Shown piece after piece: positions 1 to 8,987 of a stretch of 64,000 nt of DNA (the first letter of the stretch is position 1; the number at the start of each line of letters is the position of its first letter). Location: NCBI GenBank assembly GCA_963725865.1, contig CAVSAC010000012.1, positions 1,024,001 to 1,088,000 of the forward strand. Direction: 5' to 3'. The translations under genes and the position numbers were made by a program. The stretch comes from Candidatus Eiseniibacteriota bacterium (GTDB lineage Bacteria; Eisenbacteria; RBG-16-71-46). The notes under the pieces were generated by a model, which ran no database searches, was not told the origin of the DNA, and worked only from the letters and a program-made list of their open reading frames with translations.

Positions 1-479
1 TGGCGGCGGCGTGCGCCCGCGCCACGCGGGCGCAGCTGCTGGTGCAGACGCGCTGGGAGCTGGTGATGTGCCACATGGAGCGCGCGCTCTACCGCGATCC
101 CGAGCAGGACCTGCGCACGCTGTGGTGGGACCTGGTCGAGCGCTTTCAATGGGTGCGCCGGCCGGAGGGCCGCGACGCGCCGGACTGGGCGAGCAAGATC
201 CACTTCAGCATCGCGCCGGTCTACTACCAGAACTACCTGCTGGGCGAGATGATGGCCTCGCAGCTGCAGGGCCATCTGCTCCACACGGTGCTGGGCGGGG
301 GCGCGGACGCCGGGGAGCGCTACGTCGCGAGCCCGGAGGTGGGGGCGTTCCTGCGCGCGCGCCTGTACGCGCCCGGCCGCCGCCGCGATTGGCGCGGCGC
401 GCTGGAGCACGCGACCGGGCACGCGCTGGACGCCGCCGCGTTCGTGGACGAGCTGGCGGGGAGGACGCCGGGCGCGTGA
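1..479 (+). CDS. M3/M2-family zinc metallopeptidase, C-terminal part (runs off window start)
   Basis: Frame is open from the window edge. Motifs 'ERALY..P..DL..LWWDLVER', 'DWASKIHF..APVYYQNYLLGE' and 'W..ALEHATG..L' are typical of gluzincin peptidase C-termini. Confidence 0.75.
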   Translation, partial: AAACARATRAQLLVQTRWELVMCHMERALYRDPEQDLRTLWWDLVERFQWVRRPEGRDAPDWASKIHFSIAPVYYQNYLLGEMMASQLQGHLLHTVLGGGADAGERYVASPEVGAFLRARLYAPGRRRDWRGALEHATGHALDAAAFVDELAGRTPGA

Positions 480-595
480 GCGGCCGTCGCACCGCGCGCG
501 GGCGCGGCGTGACGGCTCGCCCCCGGGGCGGATGCGCGCCTGCGCGAATCCCGCCGCGATCGCCCCGCCCGCCCCGGATTCGAACCGCGCGCGCT

Positions 596-655
596 CCCTG
601 ACGCTCGGGATCAGCGGCGGTGCGAATGCGCCGCCCGCCGATGCCGTTGTTAGCT
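596..655 (-). mobile_element. attC-like (59-base element) integron cassette recombination site, degenerate
   Basis: Minus strand reads AGCTAAC-AACGG-CATCGGCGGGCGGCGC-ATTC-GCACCGCCGCTGATC-CCGAGC-GTCAGGG, a 60-bp imperfect inverted repeat. The inverse core contains the TAA stop of the 650..850 gene, and the core is GTCAGGG instead of GTTRRRY. Confidence 0.55.
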
Positions 656-850
656 GGCGTCGTCCTTCCTCTGGGACTCAGGCGTGGGCCGCTGCTTCTT
701 GGTGCTCCTCGCTCTCACGGCGATCGCCACTACCAGCCAAAGCACTCCCAGCGCTCCCACACCCGGTCTGCCGGAAAGCAGGCCAACCGCGATCCAGATC
801 AGGGCAATCAGCACGAAGGCAAGGCCTGACTCGAAGAACTTCCTCACCAT
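650..850 (-). CDS. Small two-TM membrane protein (66 aa), probable gene-cassette ORF
   Basis: GGAGGGGG RBS before ATG; two hydrophobic segments and a basic tail; codon usage less GC-biased than neighbours. Confidence 0.7.
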   Translation of the reverse strand: MVRKFFESGLAFVLIALIWIAVGLLSGRPGVGALGVLWLVVAIAVRARSTKKQRPTPESQRKDDAS

Positions 851-883
851 CCCCCTCCGCTGATCCTGCGTTCCCTTGGCTGC

Positions 884-2336
884 CTACCGCACGTTCGCCA
901 GCAGCGCGAGCAGGTACTCCCAGAAGCGCCCGACCGAGCCGATGTGGATCTTCTCGTCCGGCGAATGGACGCCCTCGAGCGTGGGGCCGAACGAGACCAT
1001 GTCCATGTCCGGGTACTTCTCGCCGATGATCCCGCACTCGAGCCCGGCGTGGATCGCCTTCACCTCCGCCGGCTTGCCCGCGTACTGCTGGTAGGTGCGG
1101 ATCGCGACCTTGAGGATCGGCGAGTCCAGGTTGGGCTTCCAGCCGGGATAGCCGTCGGAACCCGCGACCTCCGCGCCGCCCAGCTCGAACGCCGCCGTCA
1201 CGGTGTCGGTGATGTCGAGGATCTCCGACGCCACCGAGCTGCGCTGGCTGGTGGCGATCACGATGCCGCGACGACCGGTCGCGATCGAGGCCACGTTGGT
1301 CGACGTCTCGACCAGCCCGGGGATGTCGGCGCTCATCTTGATCACTCCGTGCGGCAGCGCCTGCAGGGTCCGCAGCAGGCGGTTCTGGAGCGCGCGCTTG
1401 AACACCTTGCCGCGCGCCTTCGAGGGCTGAGCGCTCACGCGCAGGTCGGGCTCGACGGTCGCCAGCTCCGCGCGCGCGATCGCGTCGAACTCCGCCACCG
1501 CGGCGCGCGCCGCCTCGAGCCGGGCGCGCGGCACGAACACCAGCGCGGTCGCATCGCGCGGGATCGCGTTGCGCTTGTTGCCGCCGTCGATGCGCGCGAT
1601 GCGTCCGCCGAGCTCCGCCACCCGCGCCAGCGCGCGCGCGAGCAGCTTGACCGCGTTGCCGCGGCCCTTGTCGATCTCGAGCCCAGAGTGCCCGCCGCGC
1701 AGGCCGCCCACCGCGATCTCGAGCGCCGCGCCGCCGGCCGGGGCGGGATCGGTCGCGAGCGGCCAGGTGCCGGTGGTGTCACGGCCGCCCGAGCAGCCGA
1801 CGTACAGCGCGCCCTCCTCCTCGGAGTCGAGGTTGAGCAGGGTTCCGCTCTGCAGGAAGCCGGGCTGCAGGCTCTGCGCGCCGGTCAGGCCGGTCTCCTC
1901 GTCGATCGTGAACAGGAACTCGAGCGGTCCGTGCTCGAGCGCGCGGTCCTCCATGATCGCGAGGAACGTGGCGACCGCGACGCCGTTGTCGGCGCCGAGC
2001 GTGGTGCCGTCGGCCATCATCAGGTCGCCCTGGCGCACCAGCACGATCGGGTCCTTCGTGAAGTCGTGCTTCACGTCGGGGCGCTTCTCGCACACCATGT
2101 CGAGGTGGCCCTGCAGGCACACCATCGGGGCACGCTCGCGACCGGGTGCGGCGGGCTTGCGCACGACCACGTTGCCGGACGCGGTCCTGGGCCCACTCCA
2201 GCCCCAGCCGCTTGGCGGCGGCGATCACGAACGCCGCGGCCCTCTCCTCGTGCTTGGAACCGCGCGGGACGCGCGACAGCTCGGCGAAGTGCTTCCACAG
2301 GGCGGCGGGTTCGAGTCCTTCGATGGCGTTCGCCAT
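884..2336 (-). CDS. pepD: Aminoacyl-histidine dipeptidase (M20C), with a +1 frameshift near 2175-2185
   Basis: N-terminus MANAIEGLEP..LWKHF..PRGSKHE (ORF 1779..2336) joins GNVVVRKPA..QGHLDMV, GADNG, DEETGL, LNLDSEE, HAGLECG and HSPDE (ORF 884..2170) after removal of one base. Confidence 0.9.
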
Positions 2337-2557
2337 GACTGCTCCTCTGCATCACGGGCGCGCGCGGCGCGCGGCGCGTGGATCGCTTCGAGGCCCGCTC
2401 CGGGGGCGCGGCGGCTCCGCGCCGGGGCGGGTTGGGACGAGACGGGCCGGTCCTGCTACCTTCATGGCCGTCCGCGGACCGCCGCATGATAGTGCAGTCC
2501 GCCGCCGAGGGCAGCCGACCCGAGTCCATCCACCATCCGAAGGCCCAGGAATCCGCC

Positions 2558-3889
2558 ATGACGCCCGACCCGCAGCCCCTCGACCCGCAGGCCAGCCACG
2601 TCCCCGAGTCCGACGACGAACGACCGTCGGACGCCTTCGCCGAGGCACTCGCGGAGTTCGAGAGCGGCTCCCGTCCGGCCCACGCCGCCGCGACCGCGGC
2701 CACCGACCTCGCGGTCGGAAGCCAGGTGAAGGGCACCGTCGTCGGGGTGGGCGAGGAGTTCGTGCTGATCGACTTCGGCGGCCGCAGTGAGGCGGTGGTC
2801 GAGACGCGCCACTTCCGCGCCGAGGACGGCACGGTGAGCGTCGCCGTGGGCGCGGTGCTCGAGCTGTTCGTGATCGAGGCCGCCGACCAGGTCGTGCTGG
2901 CGCCGTCGATCCGGGCGGAGCCGCACGCCGCGCTGCGCCAGGTGCGCGAGGCGCGTGCCGCCGGGGTGCCGGTCAGCGGGCGCGTCACCGCGCACAACGC
3001 CGGCGGCCTGCAGGTCGATCTCGGGGGCGTGCGCGCGTTCTGCCCGCTGTCCCAGATCGAGGCCGGCTTCTGCGCCGACCCGTCCGTCTACGTCGGACGC
3101 ACGCTGGAGTTCCTCGTCACCTCGATCGAGGAGGGCCGCGGCGGCGCGGTGCTCTCGCGCCGCGCGCTGTTGCGCCAGGCCGAGGCGGTGGCGGCCCAGC
3201 AGGTACTCGCCGCGCTGAAGCCCGGCGACGAGCGCGAGGGGCGGGTGGCGCGGCTCGAGGCGTTCGGCGCGTTCGTCGACCTCGGCGGCGTGGACGGGCT
3301 CGTGCACGTGTCGGAGATCCGCCACGACCGCACCGGGCATCCGAAGGAGGTGTTGCACGAGGGCGAGACGGTGAAGGTGCGCGTGCTGCGGATCGAGACC
3401 GGCAAGGACGGCCGCCCGCGCGTCGCGCTCTCGATCAAGGCGTGTGCGCCCGACCCGTGGACCGGGGTGGCGCAGCGCTATGCGCCCGGCACCCGGGTGC
3501 ACGGCGTGGTCGCGCGCCTGGCGGACTTCGGCGCATTCGTGACGCTCGAGCCGGGGATCGACGGACTGGTGCACGTCTCGCAGGTCGCGCACCAGCGCAT
3601 CACCCACCCGAAGGAGGTGCTGACTCCCGGGCAGGAGGTCGAGGCCGTGGTGCTCGCGGTCGAGCCGGACAAGAAGCGCGTCTCGCTCTCGATCAAGCAG
3701 CTGACCGAGGCGCCCGAGCGCGCGCCCCGCGCGGCGGCGCCACGCCCGCGGCCGCGGACCCGCGAGGAGCGCGCGCCGGCGCCCGTCGCCGCCGCCCCGA
3801 GCGCGCCCGCCGAGCCCACCACCATGGCGATCGCGTTGCGGAAGGCGATGGAGGAGGCGGCGCGCAGGCAGGGCAAGACCCCCGCGTGA
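2558..3889 (+). CDS. Ribosomal protein S1-like RNA-binding protein (four S1 domains; probable rpsA paralog)
   Basis: Repeated S1 motifs 'AFCPLSQI', 'FGAFVDLGGVDGLVHVSEI' and 'FGAFVTLEPGIDGLVHVSQV', 'RVSLSIK'. Confidence 0.85.
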   Translation: MTPDPQPLDPQASHVPESDDERPSDAFAEALAEFESGSRPAHAAATAATDLAVGSQVKGTVVGVGEEFVLIDFGGRSEAVVETRHFRAEDGTVSVAVGAVLELFVIEAADQVVLAPSIRAEPHAALRQVREARAAGVPVSGRVTAHNAGGLQVDLGGVRAFCPLSQIEAGFCADPSVYVGRTLEFLVTSIEEGRGGAVLSRRALLRQAEAVAAQQVLAALKPGDEREGRVARLEAFGAFVDLGGVDGLVHVSEIRHDRTGHPKEVLHEGETVKVRVLRIETGKDGRPRVALSIKACAPDPWTGVAQRYAPGTRVHGVVARLADFGAFVTLEPGIDGLVHVSQVAHQRITHPKEVLTPGQEVEAVVLAVEPDKKRVSLSIKQLTEAPERAPRAAAPRPRPRTREERAPAPVAAAPSAPAEPTTMAIALRKAMEEAARRQGKTPA

Positions 3890-4281
3890 CGCGGGCGCGG
3901 CGCGGACGCCCCGATTCCCGCGGGCCCCGGAAGAGCGCCGGGCGCGGTCCGCACGCAATCGCGTGCGGTCGGGGTCGGGTTTTCGCTACAATGCGCGGCC
4001 GGACCCTCCATCCGTAGATGGCCGATCCTCTGGAGTGTCCGCCGGAACCATGATCCCGCCGACCCGCCGCACCGGCGCAGTTCGAAGCGCCGGCGACGGG
4101 GAGGGGGCGATGGCGACGGCGGCCGGTTCCCGGGTGTCCTCGCAGTGGGACGCCGGGCGGGCCGTTCTGGTGGGTCATCGAGCAGTTCGTCCCGATCCGC
4201 AGGTCGGCGCGTGACCGCCGGCTGGATCCACAGCTGGCGCCCGCCTGCCGAACGGTGCGGCGCGATCCCAGGAGGTGTCCT

Positions 4282-5589
4282 TTGTCGACTCCGAGCACCC
4301 CGCAGGCCGCGACGGCCGGCGCGACCCTGACGTTCGATGGCGGATCGGTGAACCTTCCGATCGTCTCAGGCAGCGAGGGCGAGAAGGCCGTCGTGGTCGA
4401 GACCCTGCGCGCCAAGACCGGGCTGATCACCCTCGACCCCGGCTACGGCAACACCGGCTCGTGCCGCAGCGCCGTGACGTTCATCGACGGCGAGAAGGGC
4501 ATCCTGCGCTACCGCGGCTACGACATCGCCGAGCTGGCGGAGAAGAGCTCGTTCCTCGAGGTGGCCTGGCTGCTGATCCACGGCGAGTTGCCGCGCAAGG
4601 CCGAGCTGGACGGCTTCACGGACGACATCACGCGCCACACGCTCCTGCACGAGAACTTCCGCCGCTTCTTCGACGCGATGCCCAAGGACGCCCACCCGAT
4701 GCCGGTGTGCGCGGCGGCGTTCGCGGCGCTCGCGACCTACTACCCGGACACCGAGGGCGATCGCTCCCTTCAGGACACGGTGGTGCGCCTGATCGCCAAG
4801 ATGCCCACCATCGCGGCGTACTCCTACAAGCACTCGATCGGCCAGCCGTTCATCTATCCGCAGAACCGGCTCGACTACTCCACGAACTTCCTCCACATGA
4901 TGTTCGCCACGCCGGCCGAGGATTACGCGGTGGATCCGCTGCTGGCGAAGGTCGTCGAGCTGCTGCTGATCCTCCACGCGGACCACGAGCAGAACTGCTC
5001 GACCAGCACCGTGCGCATGGTGGGCTCCTCGCGCGCGAACCTCTACGCGTGCATCTCCGCCGGCATCAGCGCCCTGTGGGGGCCGCTCCACGGCGGCGCG
5101 AACCAGGAGGTCATCCAGATGCTGGAGCGCATCGAGGCCGAGGGCGGCGATGCGCGGAGTTTCGTGGACCGAGCGAAGGACAAGAAGGACAACAGCCGCC
5201 TGATGGGCTTCGGCCACCGCGTGTACAAGAACTACGATCCGCGCGCGGCGGTGCTCAAGAAGTCGTGCGACGAGGTACTCGCCAAGATGGGCATCCGCAG
5301 CCGCCTGCTGGAGATCGCCAAGCAGCTCGAGGACATCGCGCTGCACGACGACTACTTCGTGAGCCACAAGCTCTACCCGAACGTCGACTTCTACTCGGGC
5401 ATCATCTACCAGGCGCTCGGGATCCCGGTGAACATGTTCACCGTGATGTTCACGATGGGGCGCATGCCCGGCTGGATCGCCCAGTGGATGGAGATGCGGC
5501 GCGATCCCGAGACGCGCATCGGACGCCCGCGCCAGATCTACACCGGCGCGCGGCAGCGGTCCTACCAGCCCATCGGGGCGCGCAAGTAA
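4282..5589 (+). CDS. gltA: Citrate synthase (type II)
   Basis: GGAGG RBS then TTG start; motifs DPGY.NT, GILRYRGY, HADHEQNCST, GPLHGGAN, LMGFGHRVYKNYDPR, YPNVDFYSG, RPRQIY. Confidence 0.95.
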   Translation: MSTPSTPQAATAGATLTFDGGSVNLPIVSGSEGEKAVVVETLRAKTGLITLDPGYGNTGSCRSAVTFIDGEKGILRYRGYDIAELAEKSSFLEVAWLLIHGELPRKAELDGFTDDITRHTLLHENFRRFFDAMPKDAHPMPVCAAAFAALATYYPDTEGDRSLQDTVVRLIAKMPTIAAYSYKHSIGQPFIYPQNRLDYSTNFLHMMFATPAEDYAVDPLLAKVVELLLILHADHEQNCSTSTVRMVGSSRANLYACISAGISALWGPLHGGANQEVIQMLERIEAEGGDARSFVDRAKDKKDNSRLMGFGHRVYKNYDPRAAVLKKSCDEVLAKMGIRSRLLEIAKQLEDIALHDDYFVSHKLYPNVDFYSGIIYQALGIPVNMFTVMFTMGRMPGWIAQWMEMRRDPETRIGRPRQIYTGARQRSYQPIGARK

Positions 5590-5612
5590 CGCGGGTCTGC
5601 GGGAGGCGCGGG

Positions 5613-6533
5613 ATGCTCGAGATGGCGCTGCTGGGCGGCGCCGCCATGACCGGCGTCGCCGGCGGCGCGGCCCTGATGGCGCTCTTTCCGCCGCTTCCGC
5701 GCGACCTCGGCGGCGCGCCCGACCTCGATGGCCGGGCGCGCCGCATCCGCATCCCGGTCGCGGGCGGCGACACGCTCGATGGCTGGTGGCTCGCGGGCCG
5801 CGCTCCCGCGCTCGTGATCCTGTTCCACGGCTACGGGCGCGACCACTCCCGCGCGTGGCGCTACGGCGCGTTCCTCGAGGCCGCGGGCTACGCGGTGCTG
5901 ACGGTCGACTTCCGATCCTCGCGGCACTGGCGGCGGCTGCCGACGACGCTGGGACACCACGAGATCCTCGACGCCGAGGCGGCGCTGGCGTGGGCGCTGC
6001 GCGAGCCGGCGCTCTCCGGCCATCGCATCGGCGTGTTCGGCGAGTCCCTGGGGGGCGCGGTGGCGGTGCGGCTGGCGGGTGCGCACCCCGAGGTCGCCGC
6101 GGTGGCGGTGGACTGCGCGTTCGCGGACGGCGCGCTGGCGCTGGCGGACTCCTCGCAGCGCTGGGCGCGGCTGCCGCGTCACGCCGGCCGCGCCGCGCGG
6201 GTGCTGGCGCGGGTGGCGACCGGCCACGATCCGGGCGCCTTCGACGTCACGCCGTGGGCGGAACGCCTCCGCGACCGCCCGGCGTTCTTCATCCACGCGC
6301 TCGACGACGACCGCCTGTCGCCCGAGCACGCGCGGCGGCTCTGGCGGGCGGCGGGGGCCAAGGACCCGCTGTGGTGGATCGCGGGAGCGGGTCACAACGA
6401 GGGCTGGCTGCGCGAGCGGGTGGCCTACGAGCGCGCGCTCACCGCGTTCTTCGACCACGCGCTGCTCGATCGCGGGCCCGGCGTGCCCGCGGGCGAGCAC
6501 CGCGCGGCGCCGGTCGGCGCGGACCGGAGCTGA
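5613..6533 (+). CDS. Alpha/beta-fold hydrolase
   Basis: HGYG oxyanion motif, nucleophile GESLGG, D and AGHNE catalytic positions; N-terminal hydrophobic anchor. Confidence 0.85.
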   Translation: MLEMALLGGAAMTGVAGGAALMALFPPLPRDLGGAPDLDGRARRIRIPVAGGDTLDGWWLAGRAPALVILFHGYGRDHSRAWRYGAFLEAAGYAVLTVDFRSSRHWRRLPTTLGHHEILDAEAALAWALREPALSGHRIGVFGESLGGAVAVRLAGAHPEVAAVAVDCAFADGALALADSSQRWARLPRHAGRAARVLARVATGHDPGAFDVTPWAERLRDRPAFFIHALDDDRLSPEHARRLWRAAGAKDPLWWIAGAGHNEGWLRERVAYERALTAFFDHALLDRGPGVPAGEHRAAPVGADRS

Positions 6534-6534
6534 C

Positions 6535-7332
6535 ATGGTGACCACCATCCGGCTCGGCACCCAGGGCTGGGCCTACGGGGACTGGATCGGCTCGTTCTAT
6601 CCGCCCGCCGCCAAGCAGGAGGACTACCTGCCGTTCTACTCGCGCGTGTTCGACAGCGTGGAGTGCGACACCACCTTCTACCATCCCCCCAAGCCTGCCA
6701 TCGCGCGGTCGTGGGAGAAGCGCGTGCCGGCGCACTTCCGCTTCGCCGCCAAGGTGCCGCAGCGCATCACCCACGAGGCCCGGCTCTCGCGCATGGGCGA
6801 GCACATGCAGACGTTCGTGAAGGCGCTCGAGCCGCTCGGTCCCAAGCTGGGGCCGCTGCTGGTGCAGATGCCGGCCGAGTTCACGCGCGACGCGGGCACC
6901 GTCGGCCTGCTCGGCCGGTTCCTCGCCGCGTGTCCGGTGGAGGTGCGGATCGCGGTGGAGTTCCGGCACCGTTCGTGGCACACCGCCGAGACGTGGGACC
7001 TGCTGCGCAAGCACCGCGTCGCGGTGGCGTGGACGGAGTGGCGCGATCTGCCGCGGGTGACCGAGGTGACCGCCGACTTCCTGTACCTGCGCTGGCTCGG
7101 CGACCGGCAGGAGATCGCGCGCTACACCCACGTGCAGATCGAGCGCACGCCCTCGTTCGACGCCTGGCAGCGCGACCTCGAGCGCGTGCTGCCCGAGGTG
7201 CGCGAGGTGTACGGCTACTTCAACAACCATTGGGCCGGGCACTCGCCGGCGAGCGCCAACGAGATGAAGCGCCGCCTCGGGCTCACCGTCGTGGATCCGC
7301 GCGGCCTGTGGCCGCAGCGCGAGTTGTTCTGA
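6535..7332 (+). CDS. DUF72 domain protein
   Basis: 'GTQGWAY..W.GSFYP', 'SVECDTTFY', 'FAAKVPQRITH', 'AVEFRH.SW', 'YLRWLG', 'YFNNH'. Confidence 0.9.
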   Translation: MVTTIRLGTQGWAYGDWIGSFYPPAAKQEDYLPFYSRVFDSVECDTTFYHPPKPAIARSWEKRVPAHFRFAAKVPQRITHEARLSRMGEHMQTFVKALEPLGPKLGPLLVQMPAEFTRDAGTVGLLGRFLAACPVEVRIAVEFRHRSWHTAETWDLLRKHRVAVAWTEWRDLPRVTEVTADFLYLRWLGDRQEIARYTHVQIERTPSFDAWQRDLERVLPEVREVYGYFNNHWAGHSPASANEMKRRLGLTVVDPRGLWPQRELF

Positions 7333-7372
7333 GCCGGCTGGCCGTGGTCCGTCACCCCCGAGGGCGCCCCCG

Positions 7373-8191
7373 ATGAGCGGACTGTTGCGCAACGCCCCCT
7401 GTCCCTGCGGGAGCGGCCGGAAGTACAAGCAGTGCTGCCTCCATCGTGACGAGGAGGAGCAGGCGCGCCGCCGCCACCGCGACCGCGGCGTCGAGATCGC
7501 GCTGGACTGGCTCACCGAGCGGTTCCCGAAGGAATACGAGGCCGCGGTGCTGGACGGCTTCTTCGCCGCGCTGGGCGAGTCGGAGCGCGCGGCGGTCGGG
7601 GACCTCGACGCGCCCGCGCGCGCGATGATCGACCAGAACATCGGCGAGTGGCTGCTCGCCGATGGCGTGCTCGAGCTGGAGGTGGAGGGGGAGAAGGTCG
7701 AGCGCCGCGTCGCCGACCTGGTGCTCGGTCCGCAGGCGCCGCCGCTCGCGAGCGACCAGCGCGAGCTGCTCGAGGGTCTGCGCGACCGGCCGCTGCGCCT
7801 CTACGAGGTCGCGGCTGCCGTGGCGGGCCGCGGGCTCACGCTGCGGGACGCGCTCGAGCCGGCGGAGCCGTTCGAGCTGGGCGATCCGTACCTCGCGGAT
7901 CGCCTCGAACCCGGCGAGTTCGTGGGCCTGCGCGTGCTGGCGGCAGCGGGCGCGTGCGAACCCTCGGGCGCCCTGTACGCGTTCTCGGCCGCCGCCGGCT
8001 CGGAGGTGCTCGCGCGCCTGCGCGAGGAGCTCGAGGCGTTCGCGGCCGACGCCGACGCCGATCCTGCGGAGCTGCGCCGCCGGGTGGTGTGCGAGACCAT
8101 CATCGATGCCTGGCTGGCCGGACTGACCGGACCGGTCGCGGTGGGCGAGGGGGCCACGCCGGCGGAGGCGCCGGAGCACCCCCGCAGCTAG
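7373..8191 (+). CDS. SEC-C metal-binding motif protein
   Basis: N-terminal RNAPCPCGSGRKYKQCC. Confidence 0.8.
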   Translation: MSGLLRNAPCPCGSGRKYKQCCLHRDEEEQARRRHRDRGVEIALDWLTERFPKEYEAAVLDGFFAALGESERAAVGDLDAPARAMIDQNIGEWLLADGVLELEVEGEKVERRVADLVLGPQAPPLASDQRELLEGLRDRPLRLYEVAAAVAGRGLTLRDALEPAEPFELGDPYLADRLEPGEFVGLRVLAAAGACEPSGALYAFSAAAGSEVLARLREELEAFAADADADPAELRRRVVCETIIDAWLAGLTGPVAVGEGATPAEAPEHPRS

Positions 8192-8829
8192 TGTCCGGCG
8201 CCCTTCGGCGCCGCCACGCCCGAGACGGTGGCGAGTGCGCGCAGCGCGGCCTCGCGGGCGGCGTCGATCTGGGCCTCGGGGCCCGACAGGTACATGCGGC
8301 CGAACGCCCCGAACAGCTGCGCGTCGAGCAGCTTCACGTGCGCGGCCTTGACGGCCTCGTTGCACGCGAAGGCGATGTAGCCGGCCGGCTCGGTCTCCAT
8401 GATCAGCAGCGACTCGCCCGGCAGCAGCATGTCGCCGTAGCGGATCTTGTTGATGAGCTGGGCGTGGTAGGACTCGACCGAGCGGATGACCTGGTCGGAC
8501 ACCAGCCGCGGCTTCACGCGCTCGTGCTCCTGGAGCCCCAGGTAATCGAGCACCGCCTGGCCGCCGATCTGGACCTGCCCCTTGTCGTGGTCGTGGATCT
8601 CGAGCAACCCGAAGGCCCGTTCGACCACCATGATCGCGGGCGTGCAGCGGGTCGCCTTGAGCGCCACGTCGGTGATGCGGTTGATGATGAGTCCGGGCGC
8701 GGTCTCGATGAACATCGAGGCCACGCCGGCCACCGGCAGGAAGCCGCGCGCCGTCGTCCCGATGAACGCGGCGAGCTGCGGCTGCAGATCGTCGAGGAAG
8801 ATATAGGTGCGCAAGGAGACATCGGCCAT
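8188..8829 (-). CDS. Bacterial microcompartment shell protein, tandem-domain BMC-T (CcmP/CsoS1D-like)
   Basis: 'LRTYIFLDDLQPQLAAFIG', 'VVERAFGLLEIH', 'HAQLIN', 'ET.PAGY...A.NEA.K', 'FGAFGRMYLSG'; 213 aa. Confidence 0.9.
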   Translation of the reverse strand: MADVSLRTYIFLDDLQPQLAAFIGTTARGFLPVAGVASMFIETAPGLIINRITDVALKATRCTPAIMVVERAFGLLEIHDHDKGQVQIGGQAVLDYLGLQEHERVKPRLVSDQVIRSVESYHAQLINKIRYGDMLLPGESLLIMETEPAGYIAFACNEAVKAAHVKLLDAQLFGAFGRMYLSGPEAQIDAAREAALRALATVSGVAAPKGAGH

Positions 8830-8987
8830 GCGCGGCAGGGTAGACTGCGTGGCCCGCGGGCGTCAAAGCGGCGCGAGAGCGCCGCGCAGCTTGGCGCCGC
8901 GCGACGCTCGGTCGATACTGCGCCGCGCGGGAGCGCCCGGCACGCGTCGAGACCCGGAGGTCGCGAGATGACGGAAGACGGGACGAG

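Noticed and set aside
576..586. GGTTCGAATCC T-loop-like motif on the minus strand suggesting a tRNA
   Set aside because: No acceptor, D or anticodon arms can be folded around it.
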